Source: Alistipes sp.
GTDB taxonomy: Bacteria > Bacteroidota > Bacteroidia > Bacteroidales > Rikenellaceae
Direction: 5' to 3'
DNA: 64,000 nt
Assembly (NCBI GenBank): GCA_045646685.1
Contig: JAZRLD010000069.1
Coordinates: forward strand, 136 to 64,135
A model generated the notes under the pieces. That model was not told the DNA's origin. It saw only the letters and a program-made list of their open reading frames with translations, and did not search any database. Position 1 is the stretch's first letter; every line of letters begins with the position of its first letter. The position numbers and the translations under genes are program-made. Positions 19,706-28,298 of the stretch are shown piece by piece.

Positions 19706-20602
19706 ATGAGTGCCTCGAAGAGTTTTCGTAGTTTCTCTATGCCGTTGGGTATGGTTGTCGGAGCATTGTTCTGCCGACAAATAGTGTGGGTTGATGCGGC
19801 CCTGCAAGGTCTGCTTACGCCGATATTTATCTTTACGATGCTCTTCTTTACCTTCTGCCGTGTGGATGCACGCAAGATACGCTTCTCGTGGATGCATCTG
19901 TGGTTGTTGCTTTTTCAGATAGTAGGCTCATTAGGCGTCTATTATGCTTTGGCGACTATGGATGTGGTGCTTGCGCAGGGTGCTATGATATGTGTGTTGG
20001 CGCCTGTGGCTATGGCGGCTGTTGTTATTGGCGGTATGCTTGGCGCAAATATCGAGAGTATGGTGGCGTATAGCCTGCTGTGTAATGTGTCGATTGCGAT
20101 GTTCGCACCGTTCTTACTACACGCCTTTGGAAATGGCGAGTGTACGATGGCGCAGATTCTGCAACGTGTTGCTCCGCTGTTGATTGCACCTTTTGTTGCT
20201 GGTCAGTTTTGCAGATTCGCATTGTCGCGTGTGGGAGCGTGGGTGTCAAATCATAGTCAGATATCGTTTTATATATGGCTATTGTCATTGATTGTAATTG
20301 TAGGGCGCACGACCTGCTTTATAATTGACCACAAGGAGGTTGACCGCTTGACGGAGGTGCTGTTGGCTGTAGTGGCATTGATTATATGCCTTGTGCAGTT
20401 TGGTGTAGGACGCTACATTGGTAGAAAATATGGCGATACGGTGGCTGGCGGTCAGTCGCTCGGGCAGAAGAATACAGTCTTGGCGGTGTGGCTATCGCAG
20501 GCTTTTCTCGATCCCGTATCTTCGGTGGCGCCTACGGCGTATATCGTTTGGCAAAATATTGTCAATAGCTACCAACTGTGGCGTAAAGATGCACAGCGAT
20601 AA
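19706..20602 (+). CDS. Bile acid:sodium symporter-like membrane transporter
   Basis: Hydrophobic throughout, GQSLGQKNT motif, Y..WQN. Confidence 0.75.
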   Translation: MSASKSFRSFSMPLGMVVGALFCRQIVWVDAALQGLLTPIFIFTMLFFTFCRVDARKIRFSWMHLWLLLFQIVGSLGVYYALATMDVVLAQGAMICVLAPVAMAAVVIGGMLGANIESMVAYSLLCNVSIAMFAPFLLHAFGNGECTMAQILQRVAPLLIAPFVAGQFCRFALSRVGAWVSNHSQISFYIWLLSLIVIVGRTTCFIIDHKEVDRLTEVLLAVVALIICLVQFGVGRYIGRKYGDTVAGGQSLGQKNTVLAVWLSQAFLDPVSSVAPTAYIVWQNIVNSYQLWRKDAQR

Positions 20603-21202
20603 TCAATATCGCCAAATCTCAACCAACCTTTCGTTTCGGAAAATATCCGTAGGCAGAATCACCTCCTCTTGAGCAAGAGGAACACGGTGTCTTGTGCCAT
20701 CTGAAATATCAATCCCAATCTCGGAAAAGGTGCGAAATACCAACTCCGTGCAGTACATCTGCGTGGTGTCGGATAGTTTGTAGTCGTGGTCGAACGAGAT
20801 ATTTTTGCACGAATATAGATAATTTTCTACGGCTACAAGCTGTGCCGTGTCCAAATCCTTGATACGCATAACAGCACCTGATGAGGCTTTGTTAGGGTGG
20901 AAGAACTCCTCCAATGATTCATATTTTGTTTTCTCTATACCATCGCGCGATGGCTCAATATGTACAACCTGAAACTGCGAATCCTTGCCGATGATTATAC
21001 CGACGTGGGAATATCCTCCCTCTGTTGCAATCACGCGACTCTCAAGCGTACGGCCCAAACGAAATGCAATATCGCCCGAACGGAGATTGGATATGGGTAT
21101 TTCGGGTGGGGTAGCGACATAATCGTTTCCACCACTACGGCAAGAGGTGATGAGTAAGAGAATGAGTAATATGTAGGATTTATTTAGAGTAAATATCGAC
21201 AT
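20603..21202 (-). CDS. YiiX/YebB-like permuted NlpC/P60 cysteine hydrolase, probable lipoprotein
   Basis: LRSGDIAFR, YSHVGI (His) before MYCTELV (Cys); LLLITSC lipobox; start codon uncertain (21202 or 21238). Confidence 0.8.
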   Translation of the reverse strand: MSIFTLNKSYILLILLLITSCRSGGNDYVATPPEIPISNLRSGDIAFRLGRTLESRVIATEGGYSHVGIIIGKDSQFQVVHIEPSRDGIEKTKYESLEEFFHPNKASSGAVMRIKDLDTAQLVAVENYLYSCKNISFDHDYKLSDTTQMYCTELVFRTFSEIGIDISDGTRHRVPLAQEEVILPTDIFRNERLVEIWRY

Positions 21203-21569
21203 CAACAACCCATTTATCTTCCTGAAGAATGACATCACAATACTCCTTATCCTCCGAGCCGTCGGCGTAAGTAATAGTTGCAGTAACTACAGCACTTGCA
21301 CCATCTTCGGCTATCTGCTCCTCCGTAATTTCAATCTTCTTGACACCACCTTTAGCATCGATTGACTTGCTGACCTTCTCCATAATTGCGTGGTATAATT
21401 CGAGGTCGATGTTTTCATCAAGGGTAGTGTATGCAAGCGCTTTGTCGTAATCACCGTTGGCAATAGCCTTGTAAAAACTCTTTGTCAACGAACGAGGAGA
21501 GCGGTCGGCGGCACAACCCGCAGCCGACAACACGAACACGACGATAATTATGCGTAAGAGATGTTTCAT
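21180..21569 (-). CDS. DUF4878-like (NTF2-fold) lipoprotein
   Basis: LSAAGC lipobox, FYKAIANGDYDKA, ATITYADG, KWVV. Confidence 0.75.
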   Translation of the reverse strand: MKHLLRIIIVVFVLSAAGCAADRSPRSLTKSFYKAIANGDYDKALAYTTLDENIDLELYHAIMEKVSKSIDAKGGVKKIEITEEQIAEDGASAVVTATITYADGSEDKEYCDVILQEDKWVVDVDIYSK

Positions 21570-21669
21570 ATTCACAAATATATAATTTTCTTTGTAAACA
21601 AACAAGAAAAGCGTGGCGGAGCTATTTCTTCGCGTGGTGATTTTTTGTATTTTTGCGAAAAATAGAGTT

Positions 21670-22164
21670 ATGGCAAAACAAAAGATAGAGAAGACAAACG
21701 CGGCGCGACTACTCGACAGAGCGAAGATTGCCTACGAACTTATTCCCTATGAGGTCGATGAGAATAATCTCGCCGCCACGCACGTTGCCGAGCAGTTGGG
21801 CGAGGATATTGCTACGGTTTTTAAGACGCTTATTCTGTGCGGTGACCGCGCGGGACATCTGGTCTGCGTAGTGCCCGGAAATCACGAGGTGGACCTGAAA
21901 GCTGCGGCGCGCGTGTCGGGAAATAAGAAGGTGGAGATGCTTGCGATGAAGGAGTTGTTGCCGACCACGGGTTATATTCGTGGCGGTTGCTCGCCCATAG
22001 GTATGAAAAAACGTTTTCCTACATATATTCATACCACCTGCTTGGAGCATTCGCATATCTACATAAGCGCAGGCGTGCGCGGCTTGCAGATTCGCATCGC
22101 CCCGACTGATTTAATCAACTACGTCGGTGCCGAAGTCGCCGACATCAGCCACGAGATGGGGTAA
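21670..22164 (+). CDS. ybaK: Cys-tRNA(Pro) deacylase
   Basis: KTNAARLL, VFKTL, TGYIRGGCSPIG, SAGVRG. Confidence 0.92.
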   Translation: MAKQKIEKTNAARLLDRAKIAYELIPYEVDENNLAATHVAEQLGEDIATVFKTLILCGDRAGHLVCVVPGNHEVDLKAAARVSGNKKVEMLAMKELLPTTGYIRGGCSPIGMKKRFPTYIHTTCLEHSHIYISAGVRGLQIRIAPTDLINYVGAEVADISHEMG

Positions 22165-22267
22165 TTTTTGTGTATTTTAATTGATGATTTACATATAAAC
22201 ACCTCCCTGATAGGTATATTGATACTTTCAGCCATAAGATATGGTTTATTTTTGTAGATAATTATGC

Positions 22268-22299
22268 AAAAAAAAGTTGACTCCCGAAAGAGCCAACTT
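22268..22299 (-). terminator. Intrinsic terminator of the fimbrillin gene
   Basis: aaagttgactc / gagccaacttt hairpin with an A-run on the left. Confidence 0.65.
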
Positions 22300-22326
22300 T
22301 AGTGTATTACTTAATGTTAAACTATC

Positions 22327-23805
22327 TTATTGTGGGAATGCCGAAAATTCTACTATTGACCAATTAGCCTCATCAGCGTCGAGTATTATTGCTTGATATA
22401 TCGCATTATAATCATCCGTGCATCCAGCTGGAACATATAATTTACAATCACCATCAATCTCAACAGCTCCCATTGGCTCAGTATCATAATTAGTTGGAGG
22501 TGTGTTTGAAAGAAATTTAATATTTTTTATATAGGAACTGCCTTCAAAAAGAGCAGAACCGAGATTGTCAACACCTGTACCAAATGTTATTGTATTTATC
22601 GTTGAATAAGCAAACGCGCACCTCCCAATAGTCGTAACACAATCAGGAATAATAGCCTCTGTAGCCTCAGTATTAGCAAATGAGTTGGCGGGAATTACTG
22701 TAGGATCGGCAAGCTGTACATACACATCATACTCACCATTATCAGGGAATACATAATTAGTGAATGTATAATCTCCTTTTGCGACAAAAGCATCTTCCTT
22801 CCATACTTCAATCATAGCACCCTGTTGCAGTGCACTAGCGATAACCTTTTGTGAACTATTATTTACTACGAACTTAAGATGCACCGAACGATTTTTATCT
22901 AACACAGCAGCGGCAGGAGAAAATTCAGCCTCACCTGTATCGCCAGTAGTCCACGTTGTTACGCTAACACTCGCCAATTGCATAGCGACAGGCGACAAGG
23001 TGAGGGTATAAGTATGAATCTTACCCTGCGCCAATGTGCTGGGGGTAAACTGAGCTGTATAATTCTTACCGCCAATAGTTGCCTCGCAAGTGATAGGCTG
23101 CAATGCACCATCTGCAGGGATAACAAGGAAATCTACATTTGTACCAGCAGTGTTAAGTGTCAAATTAAGACCTGTTTTAGTGTGCTCAGCACCCGCGCCT
23201 GTTTTGTTGTCCAACACGCCAGTTACAGCATCGAGGTCAGCAGCAGCCATAAAGCTATTAGATGAAATAGATACCTCCGATGCTACAGAGTCACCAGTGT
23301 AATTTGCGGCTATTTTGAGATTGATACGCACGAGAGCAAGAGCGTGCTTCATCACAAAATTAGCTTGCGGATCGGCATTATTCACCACATTAGACCAGCC
23401 AGAGTACATATAGTCGGTCTGCGTTGCTGACTCCACGGGGATTGCCTCATAATCATCACAATCTGCATCGTAAGGGTAATAAGCAACCGCCTTACCTTCT
23501 GTACCGCTAAGCATTGGAACAGGTGCAGTGCTCCAAGAGCTGCCACTGAGAGTCCACTCATTATTGGCATAAGTACCTACATTATCATACGCATTTTCAT
23601 TAGAGTCGTTAACAAGGGTTACGCCTATAGATGCATTGTTGGGCAGAGATGCGTCATAAATAGGCGCTCTGGTAGTAAGTTCATTTGTAACCTGAATACT
23701 CATAGGCACTTTGGTGCTGTCTTCAGGTGTTTCTGATTTGTCTGCACAGCTGGAAATTCCTAAAGCAAGGAAAATAGCAGCCATCATACATAGATACTTC
23801 TTCAT
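22327..23805 (-). CDS. Fimbrillin-family (type V pilin, Mfa-like) lipoprotein with a C-terminal BspA-type leucine-rich-repeat domain
   Basis: Lipobox ISSC, TTR/A processing site, AYYPY, DYMY, MKHALA, terminal strand SVTTW; then IPANSF/IPDCVTTIGRCAF/LYVP LRR segment. Confidence 0.8.
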   Translation of the reverse strand: MKKYLCMMAAIFLALGISSCADKSETPEDSTKVPMSIQVTNELTTRAPIYDASLPNNASIGVTLVNDSNENAYDNVGTYANNEWTLSGSSWSTAPVPMLSGTEGKAVAYYPYDADCDDYEAIPVESATQTDYMYSGWSNVVNNADPQANFVMKHALALVRINLKIAANYTGDSVASEVSISSNSFMAAADLDAVTGVLDNKTGAGAEHTKTGLNLTLNTAGTNVDFLVIPADGALQPITCEATIGGKNYTAQFTPSTLAQGKIHTYTLTLSPVAMQLASVSVTTWTTGDTGEAEFSPAAAVLDKNRSVHLKFVVNNSSQKVIASALQQGAMIEVWKEDAFVAKGDYTFTNYVFPDNGEYDVYVQLADPTVIPANSFANTEATEAIIPDCVTTIGRCAFAYSTINTITFGTGVDNLGSALFEGSSYIKNIKFLSNTPPTNYDTEPMGAVEIDGDCKLYVPAGCTDDYNAIYQAIILDADEANWSIVEFSAFPQ

Positions 23806-23885
23806 AACTATAAATGTTTAAGGTTAATAAATAAAAACGATGAATATCAACTGCTTACTAAGTATAATTCAGTGCAGTATTACCA

Positions 23886-23912
23886 CAAATATATATATAT
23901 ATATATTGCAAA
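23886..23912 (-). promoter_or_regulatory. Fimbrillin promoter with an (AT)9 tract between the -33 and -7 boxes
   Basis: Minus strand: TTTG (23912-23909), 15-nt spacer, TATATTTG (23893-23886); AT repeat spans 23889-23906. Confidence 0.65.
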
Positions 23913-23992
23913 TTTTTCAGCAGTTTTTTTTCAATTATTTTTTAATTTTATTGAGGGGATACCTATGCGATAGAGATAATATTTTAAGAAAA

Positions 23993-24024
23993 TTTGTATA
24001 AAAGAAAAATTATCCCTACATTTG
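23993..24024 (+). promoter_or_regulatory. tRNA promoter (Bacteroidetes -33/-7)
   Basis: TTTG-N20-TACATTTG consensus match. Confidence 0.75.
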
Positions 24025-24063
24025 CACCACCAAAAATGAGATGAATCTCTTTTGGCGAGCGTT

Positions 24064-24136
24064 GATCCTGTAGCTCAGTCGGTAGAGCACAACACTTTTA
24101 ATGTTGGGGTCCCGGGTTCGAGCCCCGGCGGGATCA
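24064..24136 (+). tRNA. tRNA-Lys (anticodon TTT), CCA not encoded
   Basis: Acceptor gatcctg/cgggatc, D arm tagctcagtcggtagagc, anticodon arm caaca-cttttaa-tgttg, T loop gttcgag. Confidence 0.96.
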
Positions 24137-24142
24137 CGGAAG

Positions 24143-24176
24143 AAGCGACAATCAGAAATGGTTGTCGTTTTTTTTT
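24143..24176 (+). terminator. Terminator after tRNA-Lys
   Basis: gcgacaatc / ggttgtcgt hairpin followed by a long T-run. Confidence 0.75.
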
Positions 24177-24281
24177 GTTTTGTAGGTGTCGATAAGAGTT
24201 CTCTTGGCTAATCTGAATATAAGACGTGAATAAAAACAAAAACTCCCCAATACAGCGTATCGAGGAGTTGATGTTCTTAAG

Positions 24282-24681
24282 TGGAGGCGGCGGGAGTCGA
24301 ACCCGCGTCCAAACCTGGAGCCCGAAGGCTTTCTACACGTTTATTCTGCGATTAGTCCTCTTGCGCAGGATGGCCACAGACAACCTAACCTTTTGCCGCA
24401 GTCTCTAAATTTTCGCACGATAAGCGAGACACATACCGCACTATCCCTATAAAGATGATACCCCATATGAACCGTGACCAAAGGGCGGAGCCACAGCTCG
24501 GGATACTCGTCTGCAGACCTCCTTGGGCCCGCGGATTAAGCTAATTTTCCTCGAAAATTAGGCAGCGAGTGCATAGCTATTATTGCCATTTGTAGTTTGA
24601 GTGTTGCGATTTACGAGACCCCACACAATGCTCGACGTGCTTACGAACCGACTCTGCAAGCTGTCAAAACCGGTCGCCCCC
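24282..24681 (-). ncRNA. ssrA: tmRNA
   Basis: 5' GGGGGCG..GGTTTTGAC pairs with 3' GGTTCGACTCCCGCCGCCTCCA with a G3.U pair; tag ORF GNNSYALAA* at 24587-24558. Confidence 0.95.
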
Positions 24682-24768
24682 GTTATGACGGTGCAAAAAT
24701 AGTGAAAATTATTTGAATTTTAGTATCACTATTGCAAAACTCGATTATAATTTCTACTTTTGTTTTCA

Positions 24769-24935
24769 GATTTGGTGCTTGTGCCCTTGCTGTGGGTACA
24801 AGTGAAAAGGGAATTGGGTGAGAATCCCAAACTATCCCGTAGCTGTAAACTCTTATGATGTTTTGCAAATCTTTACACCACTGATTTATTCGGGAAGGTA
24901 GCAAAACAGGAGTAAGTCAGAAGACCTGCCAAGTC
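24769..24935 (+). promoter_or_regulatory. Cobalamin (B12) riboswitch
   Basis: AAAAGGGAA, GGTGAGAATCC, ACTATCCCGTAGCTGTA, CCACTG, GGGAAGG and B12 box AAGTCAGAAGACCTGCC; promoter TACTTTTG at 24755-24762. Confidence 0.92.
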
Positions 24936-24993
24936 GATTCGAGGTTGAAAGTTCTCGAGGGTTAGGCTTTCAATATCGTCAATTTTACACTTT

Positions 24994-25104
24994 ATGTTTT
25001 TTTTATTTTCAAGCATCGTTTCTACGGTATTTATATCGTATGGTGTTTGGCTGTTACCGTTAGGTATTACGGGCTTTATTTGTACGGTGGGCTTTAGATA
25101 TTGA
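24994..25104 (+). CDS. Possible 36-aa hydrophobic small protein downstream of the riboswitch
   Basis: MFFLFSSIVSTVFISYGVWLLPLGITGFICTVGFRY*; first ATG after the riboswitch; not in the ORF track. Confidence 0.3.
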   Translation: MFFLFSSIVSTVFISYGVWLLPLGITGFICTVGFRY

Positions 25105-25301
25105 GCACCATTTGTTCGGAATTTAGTATGTGTATGTGTAGTTTTGGGGCTCGCCGTACATTTTGCCCACGCGTGAAATTATGTCATTTTGACTAATATC
25201 TTGCACGAAATGGAATTTGGCACAGAAAGTTTTTAAATTTATTTAATAATTACTACCTTTGCGGCTGGTTAGAAGTTTAGGTTAATAAAATTAGGTTAGA
25301 A

Positions 25302-26969
25302 ATGGATTGGTTACATTCGCTTTTTATGGGCGAGGGTATCGCTCACACCGTGCTGGTGCTGTCGTTGGTGATAGCCGTAGGTGTAATGCTTAGCAAAATC
25401 AAGATTGCAGGCATCTCAATCGGTGTTACGTGGATTCTTTTTGTGGGTATTCTGGCAGGTCATCTTGGTATGAGCGTTGACCACAACACGTTGCACTTTA
25501 TCAAGGAGTTCGGATTGATTCTCTTCGTATTCTCAATCGGTTTGCAGGTAGGACCGGGATTCTTCTCATCGTTCAAGGAGGGCGGCTTGAAGTTGGTAGG
25601 CTGCGCTGCGGCGGTTGTTGCTCTTGGTGCTATTGCTACATACGTTATTCACCTCGTTACGGGCACACCTATGACCACGATGGTTGGTGTTATGTCGGGT
25701 GCCGTGACAAACACGCCCGGACTCGGTGCCGCACAGCAGGCATACGCCGATGCTACGGGCATAAATGACGAGACTATCGCTTTGGGTTATGCTGTGGCCT
25801 ATCCGTTGGGTGTTGTGGGAGTAATCCTATCGCTTATCGCTATACGTTTTATTACGCGCGTAGATTTCGCCGAGGAGAATAAGGCTCTTGAGGCTATGCG
25901 TGCCGAGCATACAAATGTTGAGCGCATCTCGGTTGAGTTTACCAATGGCGCACTCGAAGGCCATAACATAGCGCACCTGCGTGAGCTGATAAACCGTTCG
26001 TTTGTTATCTCGCGTATTATGCACCACGATGGCACTATCACAATAGCCGATGGTACAAGTGTTCTTAAGATTGGCGAGAAGTTGCGTGTAATCTGTTCTC
26101 CCGACGATAGCGAGGCGGTAGTGGCATTCCTCGGCCAGCAGATAGAGATGACCAAAGAGGAGTGGGGTGCAACGCCCGAGTCGCAGACGCAGCTCGTATC
26201 GCGCCGTATCATCATCACCAAGCCCGAAATCAACGGTAAGAAGTTCTCCGATTTACGTCTTCGCACGAAGTATGGCATCAATATCACACGCGTAAACCGT
26301 GCAGGTATCGACCTCATTCCGTATCAGGGTATGGAGCTTCAGATGGGTGACCGTGTGATGGTTGTTGGAAATGAGAAGGCTATTGAGCAGGTTGCAAACG
26401 TGCTGGGTAATTCGCTCAAGAAATTGCGCGAGCCACAGTTGCTCACCATCTTCCTCGGTATTGCGCTCGGTGTGATGTTCGGCTCAATTCCTTTGATGAA
26501 TATTCCTCAGCCCGTGAAGTTGGGTTTGGCAGGTGGTCCGCTGATTGTGGCGCTCCTTATTGGTCGCTTCGGCCCGCACTTCCACTTGGTGACCTATACT
26601 ACAATGAGTGCTAATCTTATGTTGCGCGAGGTAGGTCTTGCGATGTTCCTTGCAGGCGTAGGCATTGGCGCGGGTGACGGCTTTGTGGAGGCAATCGTAG
26701 GTGGCGGTTACCGCTGGATTGGCTACGGATTTATCATTACCGTATTGCCCTTAATGATTGTAGGTCTGTTCGCTCGCCTGAAACTAAAATTAAACTACTA
26801 CACGCTGATGGGTTTGTTGTCGGGTAGTATGACCAACCCACCAGCACTTGGTTACTCGAATGCTACATCGGGAAATGATATGCCCGCGCTCGGTTACGCA
26901 ACGGTATATCCCGTAGTGATGTTCCTTAGAGTAATGGTGGCGCAGATGATGATTATGCTTGCAGTGTAG
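25302..26969 (+). CDS. AspT/YidE/YbjL family transporter with TrkA-C domains
   Basis: FGLILFVFSIGLQVGPGFF, GAVTNTPGLGAA, GYAVAYP; duplicated membrane domains; own TACCTTTG promoter at 25254-25261. Confidence 0.9.
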   Translation: MDWLHSLFMGEGIAHTVLVLSLVIAVGVMLSKIKIAGISIGVTWILFVGILAGHLGMSVDHNTLHFIKEFGLILFVFSIGLQVGPGFFSSFKEGGLKLVGCAAAVVALGAIATYVIHLVTGTPMTTMVGVMSGAVTNTPGLGAAQQAYADATGINDETIALGYAVAYPLGVVGVILSLIAIRFITRVDFAEENKALEAMRAEHTNVERISVEFTNGALEGHNIAHLRELINRSFVISRIMHHDGTITIADGTSVLKIGEKLRVICSPDDSEAVVAFLGQQIEMTKEEWGATPESQTQLVSRRIIITKPEINGKKFSDLRLRTKYGINITRVNRAGIDLIPYQGMELQMGDRVMVVGNEKAIEQVANVLGNSLKKLREPQLLTIFLGIALGVMFGSIPLMNIPQPVKLGLAGGPLIVALLIGRFGPHFHLVTYTTMSANLMLREVGLAMFLAGVGIGAGDGFVEAIVGGGYRWIGYGFIITVLPLMIVGLFARLKLKLNYYTLMGLLSGSMTNPPALGYSNATSGNDMPALGYATVYPVVMFLRVMVAQMMIMLAV

Positions 26970-27032
26970 GGAATTCTGAAAATAAGAATAAGGGTGCTAT
27001 CCTCGATGGATAAGCACCCTCTTTTGTTATAT

Positions 27033-28298
27033 TTATGCCACGACAAGATATGTTCCCAGCATCAGTATTGTAAGTGTCAAACCTATAAGCGTCATATAAG
27101 GAATGAGCTTTAGTCCCTCCTTCATCGAGAGTTCCATCGAGCCGCTTGTGGCGTGGAAGAACGAGCCGTGGGGCAGATGATCCAGCACCGTAGCACCCAC
27201 ATTTACAAGTGCTGCACCCCACACAGCCTGCAATCCTGCGGCAAGCAAGGTGGGTGCAAATGATGCAGAGGCAATTGTAGCACCTGCCGTTGTAGATGCC
27301 GTCACGGCCGACATTACCATACTCGATAGGGGTGCGAGCAAGAGTTGTGACGCCTCGCCATCGCCGAGCAGGGAGAGCATATAATCAGTAAGTGTCGAGG
27401 CCTTTACGATGCCTGCAATAGCACCCGTGCTGACCAATAGTACGGCCACTACCGACATCTTCTCCAAGCCGTAGGCTATGCTCTGCGAGGTATCTCGCCA
27501 GCGACGTGTGGCCAAAATACCCGCCATACCACCTATGGGAAGTGCTATCAGGGGGTCAATGGCTATGCCCATCGTGGGGCGCAACATCAACAGCACGATA
27601 ACGGTCAGCGGTGCCACCATCGATGCGGCAAACGAGGGTAGGTTATCATCCTCGGCAACTGAATCCGCGTCGCTTCGTTGCGGTGCGGTTGTACCCTTTG
27701 CGTAGGTTGGTAGCATCGGGACTATGAGATATACCACAATGAATAGTCCTACAATGGCTGGTAATACACCCGCAAGCATTACCGACGATAGGGGAGCATC
27801 GAAATTCTCGGCTGCAATGATAGTGTTGGGGTTGGGCGACATAATGTTTCCACACTTGCCTCCGCCCACCATCGCAAGCAACATCTTCATACGTGAGATA
27901 CCCATACGTTCGGCTATGATGATGGCTATAGGTGCTACGGTGATGACCGCAACGTCGATAAATACACCTACACCCGTGAGCAACATTGCCGATAGGGCCA
28001 ATGCGAGGAATATGTGTCGCTGGCCGAGACGATTTACTATGGTGTTTGATATCGAGGCTGCCGCGCCCGTCTTAATCAATACGCCCGAGAGCACTCCTGC
28101 TGCTATAATGCGGATTATGGCGGGGGTAATATCCTTCACTCCCGAAATCATATTCGCAACGGTTGTCTCCAAGCCCATACCTCCCAAGAGTCCGCCTACG
28201 ACGGCTCCGAGCAAGAGAGAATAAACGGGCGAAAAACGGCGTACAATAAGCACTATGGCCACCGCAAGGCCTATGATTGCTCCTAATGCACTATTCAT
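27033..28298 (-). CDS. GntP-family permease, probably a glycerate transporter
   Basis: GGGKCGNIMSPNPNTI and DHLPHGSFFHAT; overlaps the glycerate kinase gene. Confidence 0.85.
   Translation of the reverse strand: MNSALGAIIGLAVAIVLIVRRFSPVYSLLLGAVVGGLLGGMGLETTVANMISGVKDITPAIIRIIAAGVLSGVLIKTGAAASISNTIVNRLGQRHIFLALALSAMLLTGVGVFIDVAVITVAPIAIIIAERMGISRMKMLLAMVGGGKCGNIMSPNPNTIIAAENFDAPLSSVMLAGVLPAIVGLFIVVYLIVPMLPTYAKGTTAPQRSDADSVAEDDNLPSFAASMVAPLTVIVLLMLRPTMGIAIDPLIALPIGGMAGILATRRWRDTSQSIAYGLEKMSVVAVLLVSTGAIAGIVKASTLTDYMLSLLGDGEASQLLLAPLSSMVMSAVTASTTAGATIASASFAPTLLAAGLQAVWGAALVNVGATVLDHLPHGSFFHATSGSMELSMKEGLKLIPYMTLIGLTLTILMLGTYLVVA

Noticed and set aside
24226-24904. ORFs 24226-24408 and 24683-24904
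   Set aside because: Antisense shadows of the tmRNA and the riboswitch
25183-25235. gtca/tgac palindrome and TGGCAC upstream of the YidE transporter
   Set aside because: No TTG at the -12 spacing, and a housekeeping -7 box explains the promoter; too weak to call
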